From positions 9,660-73,659 of the forward strand of contig DF237100.1 of the NCBI GenBank assembly GCA_000708835.1: a DNA stretch of 64,000 nt, given 5' to 3'. The DNA is from Klebsormidium nitens (lineage: Eukaryota > Plantae > Klebsormidiophyceae). The notes under the pieces were generated by a model that was given only the letters and a program-made list of their open reading frames with translations, was not told where the DNA came from and made no database searches. Within the stretch, counting starts at the first letter, position 1, and every line of letters starts with the position of its first letter. A program made the position numbers and the translations under genes. This document shows positions 22,735 through 35,402 of this stretch, in pieces.

Positions 22735-24179
22735 TGCGGGATCAGATGTGCCAATTGTTCTGCACGCGTATGCCACTGCAAGAGTTTTGTGATTGTAGGT
22801 GCCTGTTCTCTAAGCGCGTTCCGTCAAGTTCGTCGTTCTGGTAAATAAATGGCATTGTGACGGCTCTTATGACCGGACCGGAGGTCACGCAAGATATCGG
22901 CCAAAATACGGGCAGCCGGCGGGCCTGCCAGCTTATGAGGATCTTCAGCGTCTCATGTTCTAATGCTCGTGTTCGCATCAAGCTTCCGACCTGCGCCAGG
23001 GCCTGTGCTGCTGAACTTTGACATCATTTGATTGCATGAACACTTCCTTGCGACCTCCAAAAATCCATGAACGGCGCGGCACAGGCGGACTGCAGTGCTC
23101 AGAGATAGTCAAGCACATGCTTGAGTGCCACTGACTGATTTGGAGGACGCCTGATTGTGGCACGCCGGCTTTTGTTTGCATCTCACATGCGGTACGTCAT
23201 GCCACGCGCCGTGCCACAGTGACAGTTCGAGTAGTATGTGATTGGATCTGCGCATGAAGATTCTGCGCTTTCCCGGTCCAAGTTCGATCACCGCGATTTA
23301 GTCATATAGCTGGTTAATTTGCATGCATGTACATGCTTTAGCTGCAGGTCATGATTGAGATTGCATGCAAAGATCTTGGCGCATTGTCGGTATAAAGGTA
23401 GTCATGAATCCTGACGCTCGTCGACTGGATCAGCGCAAACGAAGGTGACGCCGCTGTTAGTAGAACAGGCCGCGCTAGGCCGCCGCGAATCTGAGTTGCG
23501 GCCTGCAGCCCCGCCCATGATAACCTGTGTTAAACCTTCAGACCTCTTAGCACTGAACGGCGCGGGCGGCCGCGGACGGGGATCGACGAACTTAGGTAAT
23601 CATGGCACTGGCAAGCCTACCTGAGCCTACCAAGTCGACTTGAACAGTGGAGCATTACGAGAATGTGAGACTAGCAGAGCACGGACAAGGAGAATAAGTC
23701 TTCGCACGATCGGAACCGGGGCCACGCTGTTGGACGGAGTCGAGGCACCGGAGTCTGGTGCGACGGCGGTGCTCCCAGCCCTTGATGCTTCCTTAGACCA
23801 AAATCTGACGGCCTCTAAGCTTTACCTCAGAAACAAGGTGCCATGGGAGGCACAACTCCTGTGCAGGTTCTACCCGGAATGTCATATGAACCGTCCGATG
23901 AGAGTCTCGAAGCATCTGACGGGCAGAACAAGCGGAAAGCTCAGCGGCCGCGGCCCCACCTTCCCAACGGTGTCCCCGGTTCCGATCCTGCGAAGACTTA
24001 TTCTCCTTGTCCCGGCTCTAGCAGGCAGCAGAAGCACACGTTTTGGACTTGAACACCAGTAGCGAATAGCAATCGCGATTAGACTAACTGGAGGAGCGCG
24101 CCTTTGTTGAACAAACACAGTGCTCAGCTCTTTGCGTGCTGTTCTGATTGCGTGCAAGTGCTTAAAAACGCAAACATTG

Positions 24180-27100
24180 ATGGAGGCTCTCTTAGGGCCC
24201 CAGGACCCTTATCGCGAGGACTTGCGCTCAGCTCTCACAAGCGTAAAACGATCTGGCACGTTCAGCTGTGGTGGCTCGTTGATATTCTGCAGTCCTCCTG
24301 GACTAGAAATCCCCGGAGTTGGCCCCATCGGCTTACCGCTCATTCAACAGCAAGCGCAGGCTTTGGCTTCCCAAGCACGTGCAGGACCAAGGTAAGAATG
24401 AAAGACCCAACTCCTGGTGATACATGGGGATACATTCGTATTCAAATCGTCAACCCGTTCCTAGAGCAGTGCTATCAGCACCGCTACTAGTGCTCAGTTT
24501 AGCATCTGATGTAGCTGTCCGGCTTCTACTTGCCTCAAGCTTGAGAAGACGTTTGGCCATCAAAAAGGATCTGTAGCAACTCAATAGATATGTCTATTTT
24601 GTATCTTAAACATCGTCCTCCTACTTTGGTTTGCAGAGCAGCGATTGGGGACCACTACCCGTGGGGTCAAGGTTTGCAGCTCTTACCCACGGAGTTCAAC
24701 CTGGCAGGTCTCGGTTGGGAGACCCAAGTGAAGCAGATCGTAAATGAGAGGGTGAAACCAGGATTACGCCTTTCGACGTCAACAAGGGTGGTACCAAGGC
24801 TGAACAAGCTCCTTCTGTACGATGCTGGTGGCTTCGCCAAAGGTCACTACTGGGACAAGGAGAAAAGGGCCGACGATTCTTTTGGTACTCTGATGATTGT
24901 GCTCCCAACAGCTCGTGCAGGAGGTAAGTCATCCATGACAGCTGGCTGTCCAATCAATGCATTTTTGCAATCCTTTGGCGGATTCTGCCTTCCAAGACTG
25001 TTTTCCATATTTCGAAGTTTGGCATGTCGTTCTCCCCTGATGAACGTTGCATGCTGACAATTGGGCAAATTTCATCGCAAATAAGGAGTTAAAAACCCCT
25101 TGAAAGCTTGTGAAACAACTCTTGGGTTCTCCAGGAGAGTTGGTCGTGCGCTATTGGGGTCAGGAAAGTACATTCGACTTTGCAAGAGACGGCTTCTACA
25201 ACATCAGCTATGCGGCCTTCTTTGCCAACTGTGAGCACGAGGTCCTGCCGGTCCGAACCGGATTTCTTCTGGCGCTCATCTACGACCTTGTTGCTGAGGT
25301 AAAGCCTACAGCTGCTTCTGTGCCATACGCATCAACGCTGAATGGCCTTTCACCTGGTATCACGGGTCGTTGACATGGATTAGACGTTATGCCTTTCTGC
25401 AACGAACAAAGTTTTATGCTTTCCTTGCTGGGCTCAACTGACAAGTAGATCAAAAGCGTGCTTCAACTTGCACATAGTGTGGCGAATTTTCCAAGTCGTA
25501 TCCTCTGCACTTGGCTTTTCGGAGCCGTCTCGTGCAATCCCTCTATTGACCACCAAACTTGCAAACAAATACTTCAAGGAAAAGCTCAAGTACTATCCTT
25601 AGTGGAGCATTCTTTTCCCTTTTCTGAATAGCCTAAACTTCTTCGTACGTGCTTTGGCAGGGGTTCGCCTGTGTCCCACAGCCCGCTGATAACAATAGAG
25701 CTGTGAGAACAATCCGAGAGTTGATGAGGGACTGGAGCCAAGACAGCTGTGGGCCTCAGAAGCTCGTGATCCCACTCACGCACCTGTACTCCGACAGCAT
25801 CTTGTCCTTCGAAAGCCTCCAGGGGACAGATCTTGCGACAGTCGACGCTTTGCTGCAAGCTTCCAAAGTAAGCGAACGTATAGAGTCAAGCTTGGAAACA
25901 ATCCTGCATCGAGCAGGCACATCAGTCATGCAGTGCCTGGTATACTACATCGAAATACAGGCCTATATTGCTCTTCCTTAAAAGGCTTCCCTCTCTCAAA
26001 TTCTCGCCTCGAGACAACAAATGAATCACCCTTCTACAGGGTCTGCGTTCTGAAAGCTTCAATGAATGAAAGGCATCATCTGTTCTACACCTCGCTGAGA
26101 ACATAGGGAACCTCGCTCCTCCGTAGGTCCCTGGGGGTCAACTTTTCCACCCCTACATCGGTCTGCTGCAAAGAGGCTATTCCAGCTTCCCGCAAGAGAA
26201 GAGCCCTCCAATGGAACTCACGGACGTAAGAGGCTGCGAGGGACAGCAGGAGTGGTACTATCGTCTTGAAGTCAACCTTGAGGGTAAGAGCCGCTTTTCA
26301 AAACCTCACTCTGTTTTCCTCGATTACGCAGATTCTGCACACCGGGCTATGCTTCGCATTCATTTGCGATGGTCGGCTTTTGAAACAAGCTCGCCATGGT
26401 TGCAAGCGGAGTCTACACTGCTTCCATCTTTATCTTCAAGGTCTTTCCTCATCTTTCCTCATCTTTTTACCTTGATATCTGTATGCTTCTTTTTGACGAG
26501 GCACACCGTGAACACCGCCTGCAGTTTAGTGGAGGAAAGAAGTGGCCTGGCCATCCCTCCAGTAGTCCTACTGAGAAGCAAAACCAATCTTGAACAGGGC
26601 GTACTTTTGCAGAGCTGATTCCTGGGACTGCTCCCTACCTTTCTGCGGATGACGCAGAACCGGGGTTTCTGGATGAGTTCAACGTATCCCGTAAGGCCGC
26701 AGTTGTGATCTGGCCGCACACCAGCCGCTGGGAGGTGCGCAGTACCAATTGTGCGGGGGCAGCGCTTGCGGTGAGTAGTCGCCGTTTTTCCACTCCGCCG
26801 ACATCGTTCTGGCCAAAAGTCTTACGCGAGGCTCTGCTTTTCCGCTTTGGTATTGGACCTGATTTTCCTTCTCGCTCTCGCTAAAGCAACAGAAGCCGAT
26901 GCAAGAAACGGTCAATGTGATCCTCTCGCAGCAGTTTTGTTTGAATGCACCTAGCGACACTTAATGTCTTTCATCATAATTTGCTATGTCTTTGCAGGAA
27001 GCCGCCTCGCTGTCCGAGATTGTAGCAGCCTTGCCGCGGCTTCTCGAGGCTGCTTGCCTGAGCACAGGCCGCTTCTCTCCCGGCGAATCCCAGACTGTGG

Positions 27101-29226
27101 CCGACCTGGTGCTCGAGCACGGTCAAGTTTATGCCGTGACAGAGCTGTCCCGTGCTCTGAAGGCTTTGGCCGTGCACGCAGCTGGCCGGCTCTTTGGCCA
27201 GCCGGCGAGTCAACTGGTTCACCTGGTCATCCGTCACGGTGACGTGGAGCTAGCGAAGGTGAGAGAAATTCTGAGGCTTGCTGTTTGATCCCGAGGAGTC
27301 TACGAGATATTGCTGCTGTCCCGAAAAGGATTCTTCCCATCTGTAAGCATACCTGACTCGGTAAATTGCCCTATAACGAGCTCGTCCGCAGATGCGCTCC
27401 TCTGGAAGCCGATGATTCTGCTGTCTACCAACTTCTGTTCCTTAGCAACACGCCCAGATTTGCTTAGCATTTCAAGAGCTGACGTTTTAAACACAGATCT
27501 CGGGCTCAATTTCCTCCCCTCAATGGATTGCAGGCTTTCCTCCAAGGGTACGTCAGCCCGCAATACGAGCACGGCGTCGTTGCTTCCCTCGCAGCCCGTT
27601 TTGGTTGGAAGACTCTGGGACCCCTCATCGTAGGCGCCGCCCTGCGATCATTTTCTCCTCCTGTCTTCGAACGCGGCCTCTTGCTACTGTGTGAAATCGC
27701 TCCCCCCCAACAAGCGAGCGAACTGCACGGGACTGGCACGGCGATATCTGGCTCAGTTACGGACTCAACGGAACGAGGTTTCGACAAGCTCTTCCGAGGA
27801 GGCGAATCCGTTGAGGGTCACGATTTGGACCAGCCTGACAGTGAGCGAGCAGAAGTGTCTCGACAAGCTATGGAAGCGGTCGTGGCAAAGATCTGTGGCG
27901 CCCAAACACCTGCCCTTCTGAGTTTCAACAGCTCCGAAACGATGTTCGGCCCTGGGAGCTTTCAAGTGACCGGCCAGTATCTGAAGGTCATCGAGCGATT
28001 CGGGTAAGATGTGTGGGCGCCCGCAACCGAGAGATTTGTCAGAGAGTCACTCGCCAACCGAGAAGCGGCGGTCGCCTTTGTTTCGAATCTCGCAGCGGCG
28101 GGGAGCGAACTAGAGCGAACAAATAGTTGCGACCCTCAGCAAGTTCCTTACGTCAGGAAGCTCTTAGTCGTGGCCATTAGGTTTCAGGAGTACTTTGCGG
28201 GCAGGTTAGTCGACGTCTTGCTCTCCGAAGAGGACCCACTATTTAAACTGGGGTGTTCTCCACCAAGTGCGCGCAGCTCCAACTTCGTCAGCGATCTGAT
28301 GGCAACCCTCGACCGCTTAGCATTCAGCAGCGAGAGGATGGAAGCTGTCGTTGCCCAGTTCTTCGTTACTCCAAAACTCCACAACTTAGAGGTCACCCTT
28401 CTCCCTGCCGTTGAGCAGCTTCTTCGATATCTAGGAAGCCGCTACAAGGACAGCTCCTGGTTTCTGAAACTGTACTGGGGGTGCCTTGACGCCCTCGAGA
28501 ACCGCTGTGTGAAACCCCCCCCGCTCGATGTGTGGGTCCTCCCAACCGCGAGCGCCTGCGCCTGTAGAGACTGCAAGATACTGATCCAATTTTGCATGGA
28601 TCCTTTTCGGGTGGAACTTGAGCTGAAGTGCCCGGGGCGCGACTCCAAAGAGCATCTCATCGACAGTGTCGAGAGGTGAGCGTGTTCTATTTTTGCCTAT
28701 GTCCTTTCTTAGGGTGCTCACTCGGCTTAGAGCGTGTCGACAGACTTTCTGGGTGATTGCTGCCACTGTGCCCTTCAAGTACTCCCTTTGCGGGATTCTG
28801 CGGCTCACTCTGATATCTCTTAGATTCTGAAATAGTTTGAAGGCTTGTTGTGGGCGCCGTTTATCAATGCTCATCTGGACTCGTGTCTTGCCGTAATCTG
28901 CACCTTATACTTGATATTAGTACCGAGATGTCGATATCCTACTTTTCGACAGGAACCGAATGCCCATCATCATAACCAACCAGGAGTCGGCGCTTGAGAG
29001 CGACTCTGCACCACTCTCCTGCATCAAGATGGGTGCCGAGGAAGACTTTGATCAGAGGATTGTGGACCTGCATTCTAGAATGCAAGCGGAGTACGAAAGC
29101 AACATGAGCAGGATACAGTATATGAGAGCATTGATAGGGGAGAAATGCGGGAATTTTTGGTCAGTAGTCGACGCTTTGAAGCAAGAGCACGAAAATTGGG
29201 ACTTTCACGAGAATTTGATTGGATAA
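24180..29226 (+). CDS. Large 2OG-Fe(II) oxygenase-like domain protein, copy 1 (catalytic residues altered)
   Basis: GTFSCGG...PGLEIPGVGPIGLPL; LNKLLLYDAGG...SFGTLMIVLP...GGELVVRY; YAAFFANCEHEVLPVRTGFLLALIYDL; long helical C-terminus with CACRDC motif; spliced exons; paralogue at 50780-55796. Confidence 0.82.
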
Positions 29227-29455
29227 TGATCGGCGCAACCTCTGTCTAGAAGCTTGTGGCAACGAGATTGCACGCTAAGTTTTACGTACTTTGCGCTCTC
29301 TATATGAATCACTTGAATTCTGTTAGAGTATCACCTTGCTTTGAAATGCATAATAAAGTCTTATCCAACGCGCTCCATCATGTATGCCTTGGCTTTTGAC
29401 CTTGTGATAAAATTGTCACATAAAAATGATGTGACAAATTATTTCCAACGAAAAT

Positions 29456-29887
29456 GACCATCGATCAGATCGATTTCATTTGTAGCATCAGGGCTGNNNN
29501 NNNNNNNNNNNNNNNNNNNNNNNNNNNNNNNNNNNNNNNNNNNNNNNNNNNNNNNNNNNNNNNNNNNNNNNNNNNNNNNNNNNNNNNNNNNNNNNNNNNN
29601 NNNNNNNNNNNNNNNNNNNNNNNNNNNNNNNNNNNNNNNNNNNNNNNNNNNNNNNNNNNNNNNNNNNNNNNNNNNNNNNNNNNNNNNNNNNNNNNNNNNN
29701 NNNNNNNNNNNNNNNNNNNNNNNNNNNNNNNNNNNNNNNNNNNNNNNNNNNNNNNNNNNNNNNNNNNNNNNNNNNNNNNNNNNNNNNNNNNNNNNTTAAG
29801 TACTACATAAAAATAGAATAGTGCAAATTAATTTACTACGAAAATAGACCATCGATCAGATCGATTTCATTTGTAGCATCAGGGCTG
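29456..29887. repeat. 41-bp perfect direct repeat on either side of an N-gap (probable contig overlap)
   Basis: GACCATCGATCAGATCGATTTCATTTGTAGCATCAGGGCTG at 29456-29496 and 29847-29887; the preceding ~40 bp are also similar but noisy. Confidence 0.75.
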
Positions 29888-30747
29888 CTGCCGACGAGCA
29901 GTCTCGAAGTCTTGTCCACCCCAATCCTTCATCGCTTTGCCTCTAGCTGGTCTGAGAACACGGAGTTTACTGTGCTGAATGGCAACTGCCAGCTTAACTT
30001 GATGACCAGGTCGGCTGGTTGGTAACTTGAATTGGTCATTCGAACGAGCCCTGGGAGTCTGGCTAGGGCAGGCATGAAAGACAAAGGCCTTTTAGCAATC
30101 ACTTGTGGAATTTCGGGATTCTATACCTCGAGAAGGCAATCTTCAATACCACGGTTGTTGACCGCATTTGCGGCCCACAGACATATCACTCAATGGTCTT
30201 CTCAAACACACCTTCACCTAGAAATTCTGCTGCCAAGGTGATGGCTCGTCGTGCGGTATTTGCAACAGCGCTGTTTTGGGTTTCTTATCAAGGTCAAACG
30301 GAGCCAAGTGAAGCGCCGAAGTCCTAATACTAACCGATGACCTGCTGGTCATGCCGAGTTTCAAACGTCGTTGGCCGGCCGTCCACGCGGCCGCCCAAGG
30401 ATCTGGCAAGTCTGCCGGTTCGCGGTACGATCGCGCCGCACAGGTTTATGTTCAAACTTTGGACCCCGCGGCCGGCCGCGCCTGGCGGCTTGATACAGGT
30501 AGCGGGCGCGGCCGGCCTCCAGGCCCAGCCTTTGTTCGCTTCCGAAGCTGACGGTGATTCGGAAGCTGCCCTCGAGTTGCCTCCTTCGACGCGAACTCAC
30601 TCACGCAAGGAGCTCAAAGCTGCTTTGTTGCTGTCCTTGTTCACCGGCAATGTACGTTTGCCAGCAGCTCGAGGTTCCAAAAGACGATTCACCTTAACCT
30701 TGGTGAAGCCTGTAAGTCTTAAGCCGTGACCGCCGCCGTAAGCGAGC

Positions 30748-31941
30748 ATGGCGCTCTTCGCGCAGCTACCAGCTGACCTGAACGAGGAGATCGGGCTGGC
30801 GCTCTCGAACAAGCTCAACATAAGCCAGCTCAACTTCCTGCGCCTGGTGAACAAAACCTGGAGAGGCGCAGTCGAGGGCGGCCAGTTTGGTTCCCTCGGT
30901 AGACTTCTACGTCCGGGTCTGCCGAAACTGGCCATCCTATTCCGAAACGACGCCACGAGCTGCGAAGAGTCTGAGCTAGACACAAGCGTGGCGGTGGCGC
31001 TTCCCGCCATAGGGATCGTCGATGAAGCCACGTGGCGCGTCCACATCTTTCCGCTGAGCTCGACTGGACCGCTCTTCGTTCATAAACAAACGCACGTCGT
31101 CCTTCTGGGGCGTTCCATTTTTACCTTCACGAACCTAAAGCCCAAGTCCATTTTCTCGGGATTTAGGGAAGTGAGGCCGACAAACATGGACTCGTACAAT
31201 CTTGTCTCGAAGCGGGCCAAAACGTACGAAAGAGACATCCGTCGTCAAGACGAAGAAAGAACGACGTCTTGGTCTCAGTATCTACACGTGATCAATACTG
31301 CAAAGCTGGACGAACATTGTTTCGTGGTGTTTGGTCACCGCTTTGTGCGAAGGACAGCACACCCTTATGGGCGTCACAGGAGGAGTCCGTTAACAAGCAA
31401 CGTCCAAGCATGTTACGTGGTACTGCTTTTCAACTCTCGGAGTGCCACGTGGCAACTTCTCCCGTCTGTGCCGCTCTCTGACCAAAGCTGCGTCTACGAC
31501 GCCCGAAGTTTTGCCTACGTTTTGAAAGGGCGTATCTGGGTCACCCATGATCTCCAGCTGTACAGCATAGCTTCGCAGGCGGGAACAGAGGAAGAATGGA
31601 GACGCGAGGAGGCTTCCGTTCCGGTCCGGTGCCTTGAAGCGGCGGAAGCCTCTTGCCAAGTGCTGGCACCCCTTCGAGAGCTGACGCAAAAGGGGCGGTG
31701 GCAGTTAGCCGTTCGGAACGGGGGTCAGCCAGAACTGCTAGAACTGCCACTTTTAAGAAAGGGACTCGCCTCGCGACCAGTGCGAGGGGCTCTGAATCTG
31801 AAGAGAGGGCTTCTCATATTGTCTTCAGAGGAAGCGTACTTGGACGGCGGCGAAGTGAAGTATGTTTGGGAGCGGGGCGCAGGCATCGAGTGGTCGCCGC
31901 AGAATTGCAGGGTGGTTTGGGCGGCGGAGTTTAAGGGTTAG
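30748..31941 (+). CDS. Intronless F-box domain protein (397 aa)
   Basis: Long ATG-started ORF. N-terminal FAQLPADLNEEIGLAL...LNFLRLVNKTWRGAV fits the F-box pattern. Later beta-rich/kelch-like segments (LLFNSRSATWQLLPSVP, YVLKGRIWV). Confidence 0.65.
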   Translation: MALFAQLPADLNEEIGLALSNKLNISQLNFLRLVNKTWRGAVEGGQFGSLGRLLRPGLPKLAILFRNDATSCEESELDTSVAVALPAIGIVDEATWRVHIFPLSSTGPLFVHKQTHVVLLGRSIFTFTNLKPKSIFSGFREVRPTNMDSYNLVSKRAKTYERDIRRQDEERTTSWSQYLHVINTAKLDEHCFVVFGHRFVRRTAHPYGRHRRSPLTSNVQACYVVLLFNSRSATWQLLPSVPLSDQSCVYDARSFAYVLKGRIWVTHDLQLYSIASQAGTEEEWRREEASVPVRCLEAAEASCQVLAPLRELTQKGRWQLAVRNGGQPELLELPLLRKGLASRPVRGALNLKRGLLILSSEEAYLDGGEVKYVWERGAGIEWSPQNCRVVWAAEFKG

Positions 31942-33155
31942 GCGTAAGAGGTGAGAGCTTGAGGGCATGAGAGGAGATTGCCGAGGCATGTATAGGAGGG
32001 GAGGATATGGTGGGCTGAACGACGGTCCTCGAGGGAGGCGGGATGATTTACAATGGATTGAAAATGCAATATGTCAGAAATTTGGTGGAGCTGGCGTGTA
32101 ACACAGCTGGCCTGCCTATATCTTTGATAGAAGCCCGAGCTCGTTACCGAAGAATTCCAAACACGAGCAGGTTAAGAACAAAGCTGTGCTGTGCATGAAT
32201 TCGTACTAATTTGGGGAACGTCCAATCAACCAACTTCGAAGGTCCTCACTCCCATTAGATTCTACTTTCGAGCAGACGAGAATTGTCTGATAGTGCCGCC
32301 CAAATCCTGCGTCTGCATGCGCAGGGCTCTCGATTACTGCAGCCTATCACTGAATGAAGGAACTGACGTCAACGTCTGAAGGAGGTCCTTTATTCACTGA
32401 AGGAACTGCCATCTGATACAGGTTACCACGACTCTTTCAGTTGTCAGTCGACGCCTTCGCAAAATTAGAACCCCACTTATGCGCATCACACATATGTAAA
32501 GCGCTCTCGAGCAAGTTGCTTTGAGCGACTCGCTAATAACCAGCCGCCGCCATAAGAACGCTCACTGGATAGATTGCCACATATGAATGATAATACTTGC
32601 GGTAAGTGCGAGAATATGCACACGTCCGTATGAGCGGTGCAGGCACTTCACATCTTCGGTAAGGGCGCACGCCTATGCCTTACACAAGGTTTACAACACA
32701 GACCAGCTGTCAGATAGCATGCCTAAAACCACGGTTGCACGATACGAAGCGATCAGTTTCGAAAGACTGGTGCAGGCGTTGCTGCGCTGGCCGAAGGACT
32801 TTATAATCATGATGAAGCAGCACCCAGTATGTTGGTGAGAGGTCGATTTGGTGGCTAAAGCACGACAATATTGGTAAGGGTGCTGAGACAGCTTGTAAGA
32901 GCCTCAGTGCTAGCAAAGAATCTTATCTACAGAGTGCTATGCGTGCAATTTATATTGCGCGAGACCCAGTACTTAAGCTGATCTATACAAGAAGAATGAA
33001 AGAGGAAACGGAGAGGTCAGTTCCATCGTATGAACCCGCCTCTCTGCTCTGCCAAACTGACCCATAGTACTGCCCTGCCCAACGCAATGTCGTATCATCG
33101 AGGCGTTCGATCTCGCTCAGTAGCTTTCTATTCCGCAACGCGCTAGCTCTGTCTC

Positions 33156-35402
33156 TTACTCAACCGAGGCATAATGCAGCTGCTCCACGTGCCTCTCGTG
33201 CTTCTCATGAACCGGCCCCTTCAACCACAATCTCGACAGCTGAGCCGCGACGGGAATCTCCTCAAGCTGCTCCTTTGACGCAGACCTGTTCTCGTGGACT
33301 TGGGCACCCTTCACAGCCTGATGCGACCGGTCATCAACCTCCGACTCCTCCGCCCTCCACTGCCACTGGTACCACGGCCATTTCTGGCCGTCGGATGCCT
33401 CCTCGTTCCTCTGCTTCCCACCGTTGGATTGCTTCTGCACCTTCACCTGGTCGCCCTTCTTCTCCGCACCCGCCGCGTGCTTTTGTACACTCCCCTTCTG
33501 GGCGCCCACGTCATGTCCTTTTTCCGCGCTGCCAGCTGTCTTTTTCCCCTCCTCCTCCTTGTGGGCGCTTCTCCAGTCCCCCCGGAGCAGCTGCCCGCCG
33601 ATGCCCTGCAGGCCGCCACGTGGCAGCAGCAGCTTCCTTGGCCGGTCGTCGCCGTCATCCCAGGGGTTGCGGGCCCGGTCCTTTGCCACGCTCCTTTCCC
33701 GGCCGCTCGACAGCTGGCGCTCTTTCAACGCGGTCAGGTCCTCTTTCCGGGGCTTCCACAGGAACTCAAACAGCCCGGCGGAGCTCACTTTGCGCGCCTC
33801 GTCTGCCAGCTCCGTCTCTAGCTCCCCGTCCTCTCCGACCGCAGCAGTCTGGTCACCATTCTCCGACTCCCCCTCTTCAACCTTTTTTGGCGCCCAGCCC
33901 CCTTCCTCTCCGAGCCACGTTGGGATCTGTCCGTTCTCTGCCCCGTTTCCAGACTGACCGCCAGCTGTCGTGGCCACTTTGTCCACATTCTGCACAGCGT
34001 TTGACGCGAATGACGCCGCCACCTCTTCTGCGCTCCCAATAGCACCGTCGCTTTCCGAGTTGCGCTCGCCCCCCCACAGCCCTGCTGACCTCACCCGCCC
34101 CTCCACGCGGCCACGGGCAACTGAACCCGGCTTTCTCGTCATGCGAATGACCTGGCCATTGAATCCAGGCTTGCTCTGTGTATCGACAGCTGTACTGCTC
34201 AGCCCATTGACAGCTGTCTTGCTCGTGACTTCACTGACTTGTGCCTCAAAGAAGGTCGGGTAGTCGTCTCCATACTGCTGATGCTGTGGGTCTGGCTGAA
34301 GCCATCCGTCGGTGTTCCACTTCAGCCCCTGCAGAATGGACCCAGAGATTTAGACCTTTGCCGTAATGAACTCAGATCTGCAAGGGATCAGTTGTATTTT
34401 GACGGCTGTCAGTAGACACCTGTAACCAGATTGAACTTCGTTTTGCCGAAGTCCAGAGGGCACTTCCAGCAGGGTGGGCTAGATGGAACGCCTGGCAGTT
34501 GCAGGATTCTGTCGTGGTGGGCGCGGCCCTTCAGGGCAAAATGGTACAACCAGTACTTCAAAATTGGTCGTCATCCTGAAAAGTGACAGCTGTTGCCACG
34601 TGGTACATGCCCCCAAGAACCAGGGTTTGAAGTTACAACTCTGCTGGACAGCTTGACAGCTGTAACTATCTTTTCTCAAGCTTTCACAGCTGTTTCAACA
34701 CAGGTCCTACCATGCACAAAGGCATTGTTGAGAAAAAGGCATCCAGTGATAGAAGGACTATTTGATTTCAAGGATCTTGCACTCAATCCTTGGGTTGAAA
34801 CGAGTCTGATGGGCCATCTCGATGCCCCTTAGAAGCCCGAACTATACTGAAGTGCGTATGCAGCAGCTTTTTGAGATTGGCACCGATCATACATCCCAAA
34901 CCTCCTCAAATCAACCACCATTCCCAGTAGTCTCAGGAAGAGCCACAAATTTTAATGGCACTTGTTTTGCTGCAATTTCAACGCTGTTTGTCCCTACTTT
35001 TCGTAAGCAGTCCAAATTTGCTTGGTGGGTCTCCTGAAGGCTGAACCGACACCTGTGCAACGTGCAATCACCTCTTTGCGTTCCTGTATTGGCATGCAAA
35101 GCAGCAACGCCCGGAGCACTAGGAAAGAGGTAAGGCTGGCTCACCGCAGTTTTGCCAAGTGCGACCGAGGCCGCTGCCTCATGCTTGCCGGCACCTGTCG
35201 GGACAGCATTCCACAGGTGGGATGCAACAAAGCCGGTGAAGGAGAAAAGAACAACAGCAGCAAACCCCAATGCTAGAGGACTCAGGCGCGCGTTGTTCTG
35301 GAGGTGGTACAAGTCGCCCTTTGAACTTTTGCGCTTCCACTTGGCCACTTTTGCAGCCGCGCTGCTGGAGCCTGGACTAGCGCCTCGCCAGCTTGGCGCC
35401 AT
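33156..35402 (-). CDS. Hypothetical type-II membrane protein with long low-complexity C-terminal exon
   Basis: ATG at 35402 (MAPSWRGAS...), basic N-terminus then TM helix LALGFAAVVLFSFTGFVA; large open last exon ~34330-33156; internal exon structure unresolved. Confidence 0.5.

Noticed and set aside
23640-24062. 140-aa ORF upstream of oxygenase copy 1
   Set aside because: Non-ATG start, no motif, and no counterpart upstream of copy 2; cannot be supported as a gene.
29410-29887. Direct repeat across the gap as an LTR or tandem element
   Set aside because: The second copy degrades with extra A insertions toward the contig end, typical of low-quality read ends; most likely an unmerged contig overlap.
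33275-34042. Several long plus-strand ORFs (255, 175, 177 aa)
   Set aside because: Antisense shadows of a GC-rich, low-complexity coding exon; the same applies to overlaps within SDP6, the F-box gene and the oxygenases.
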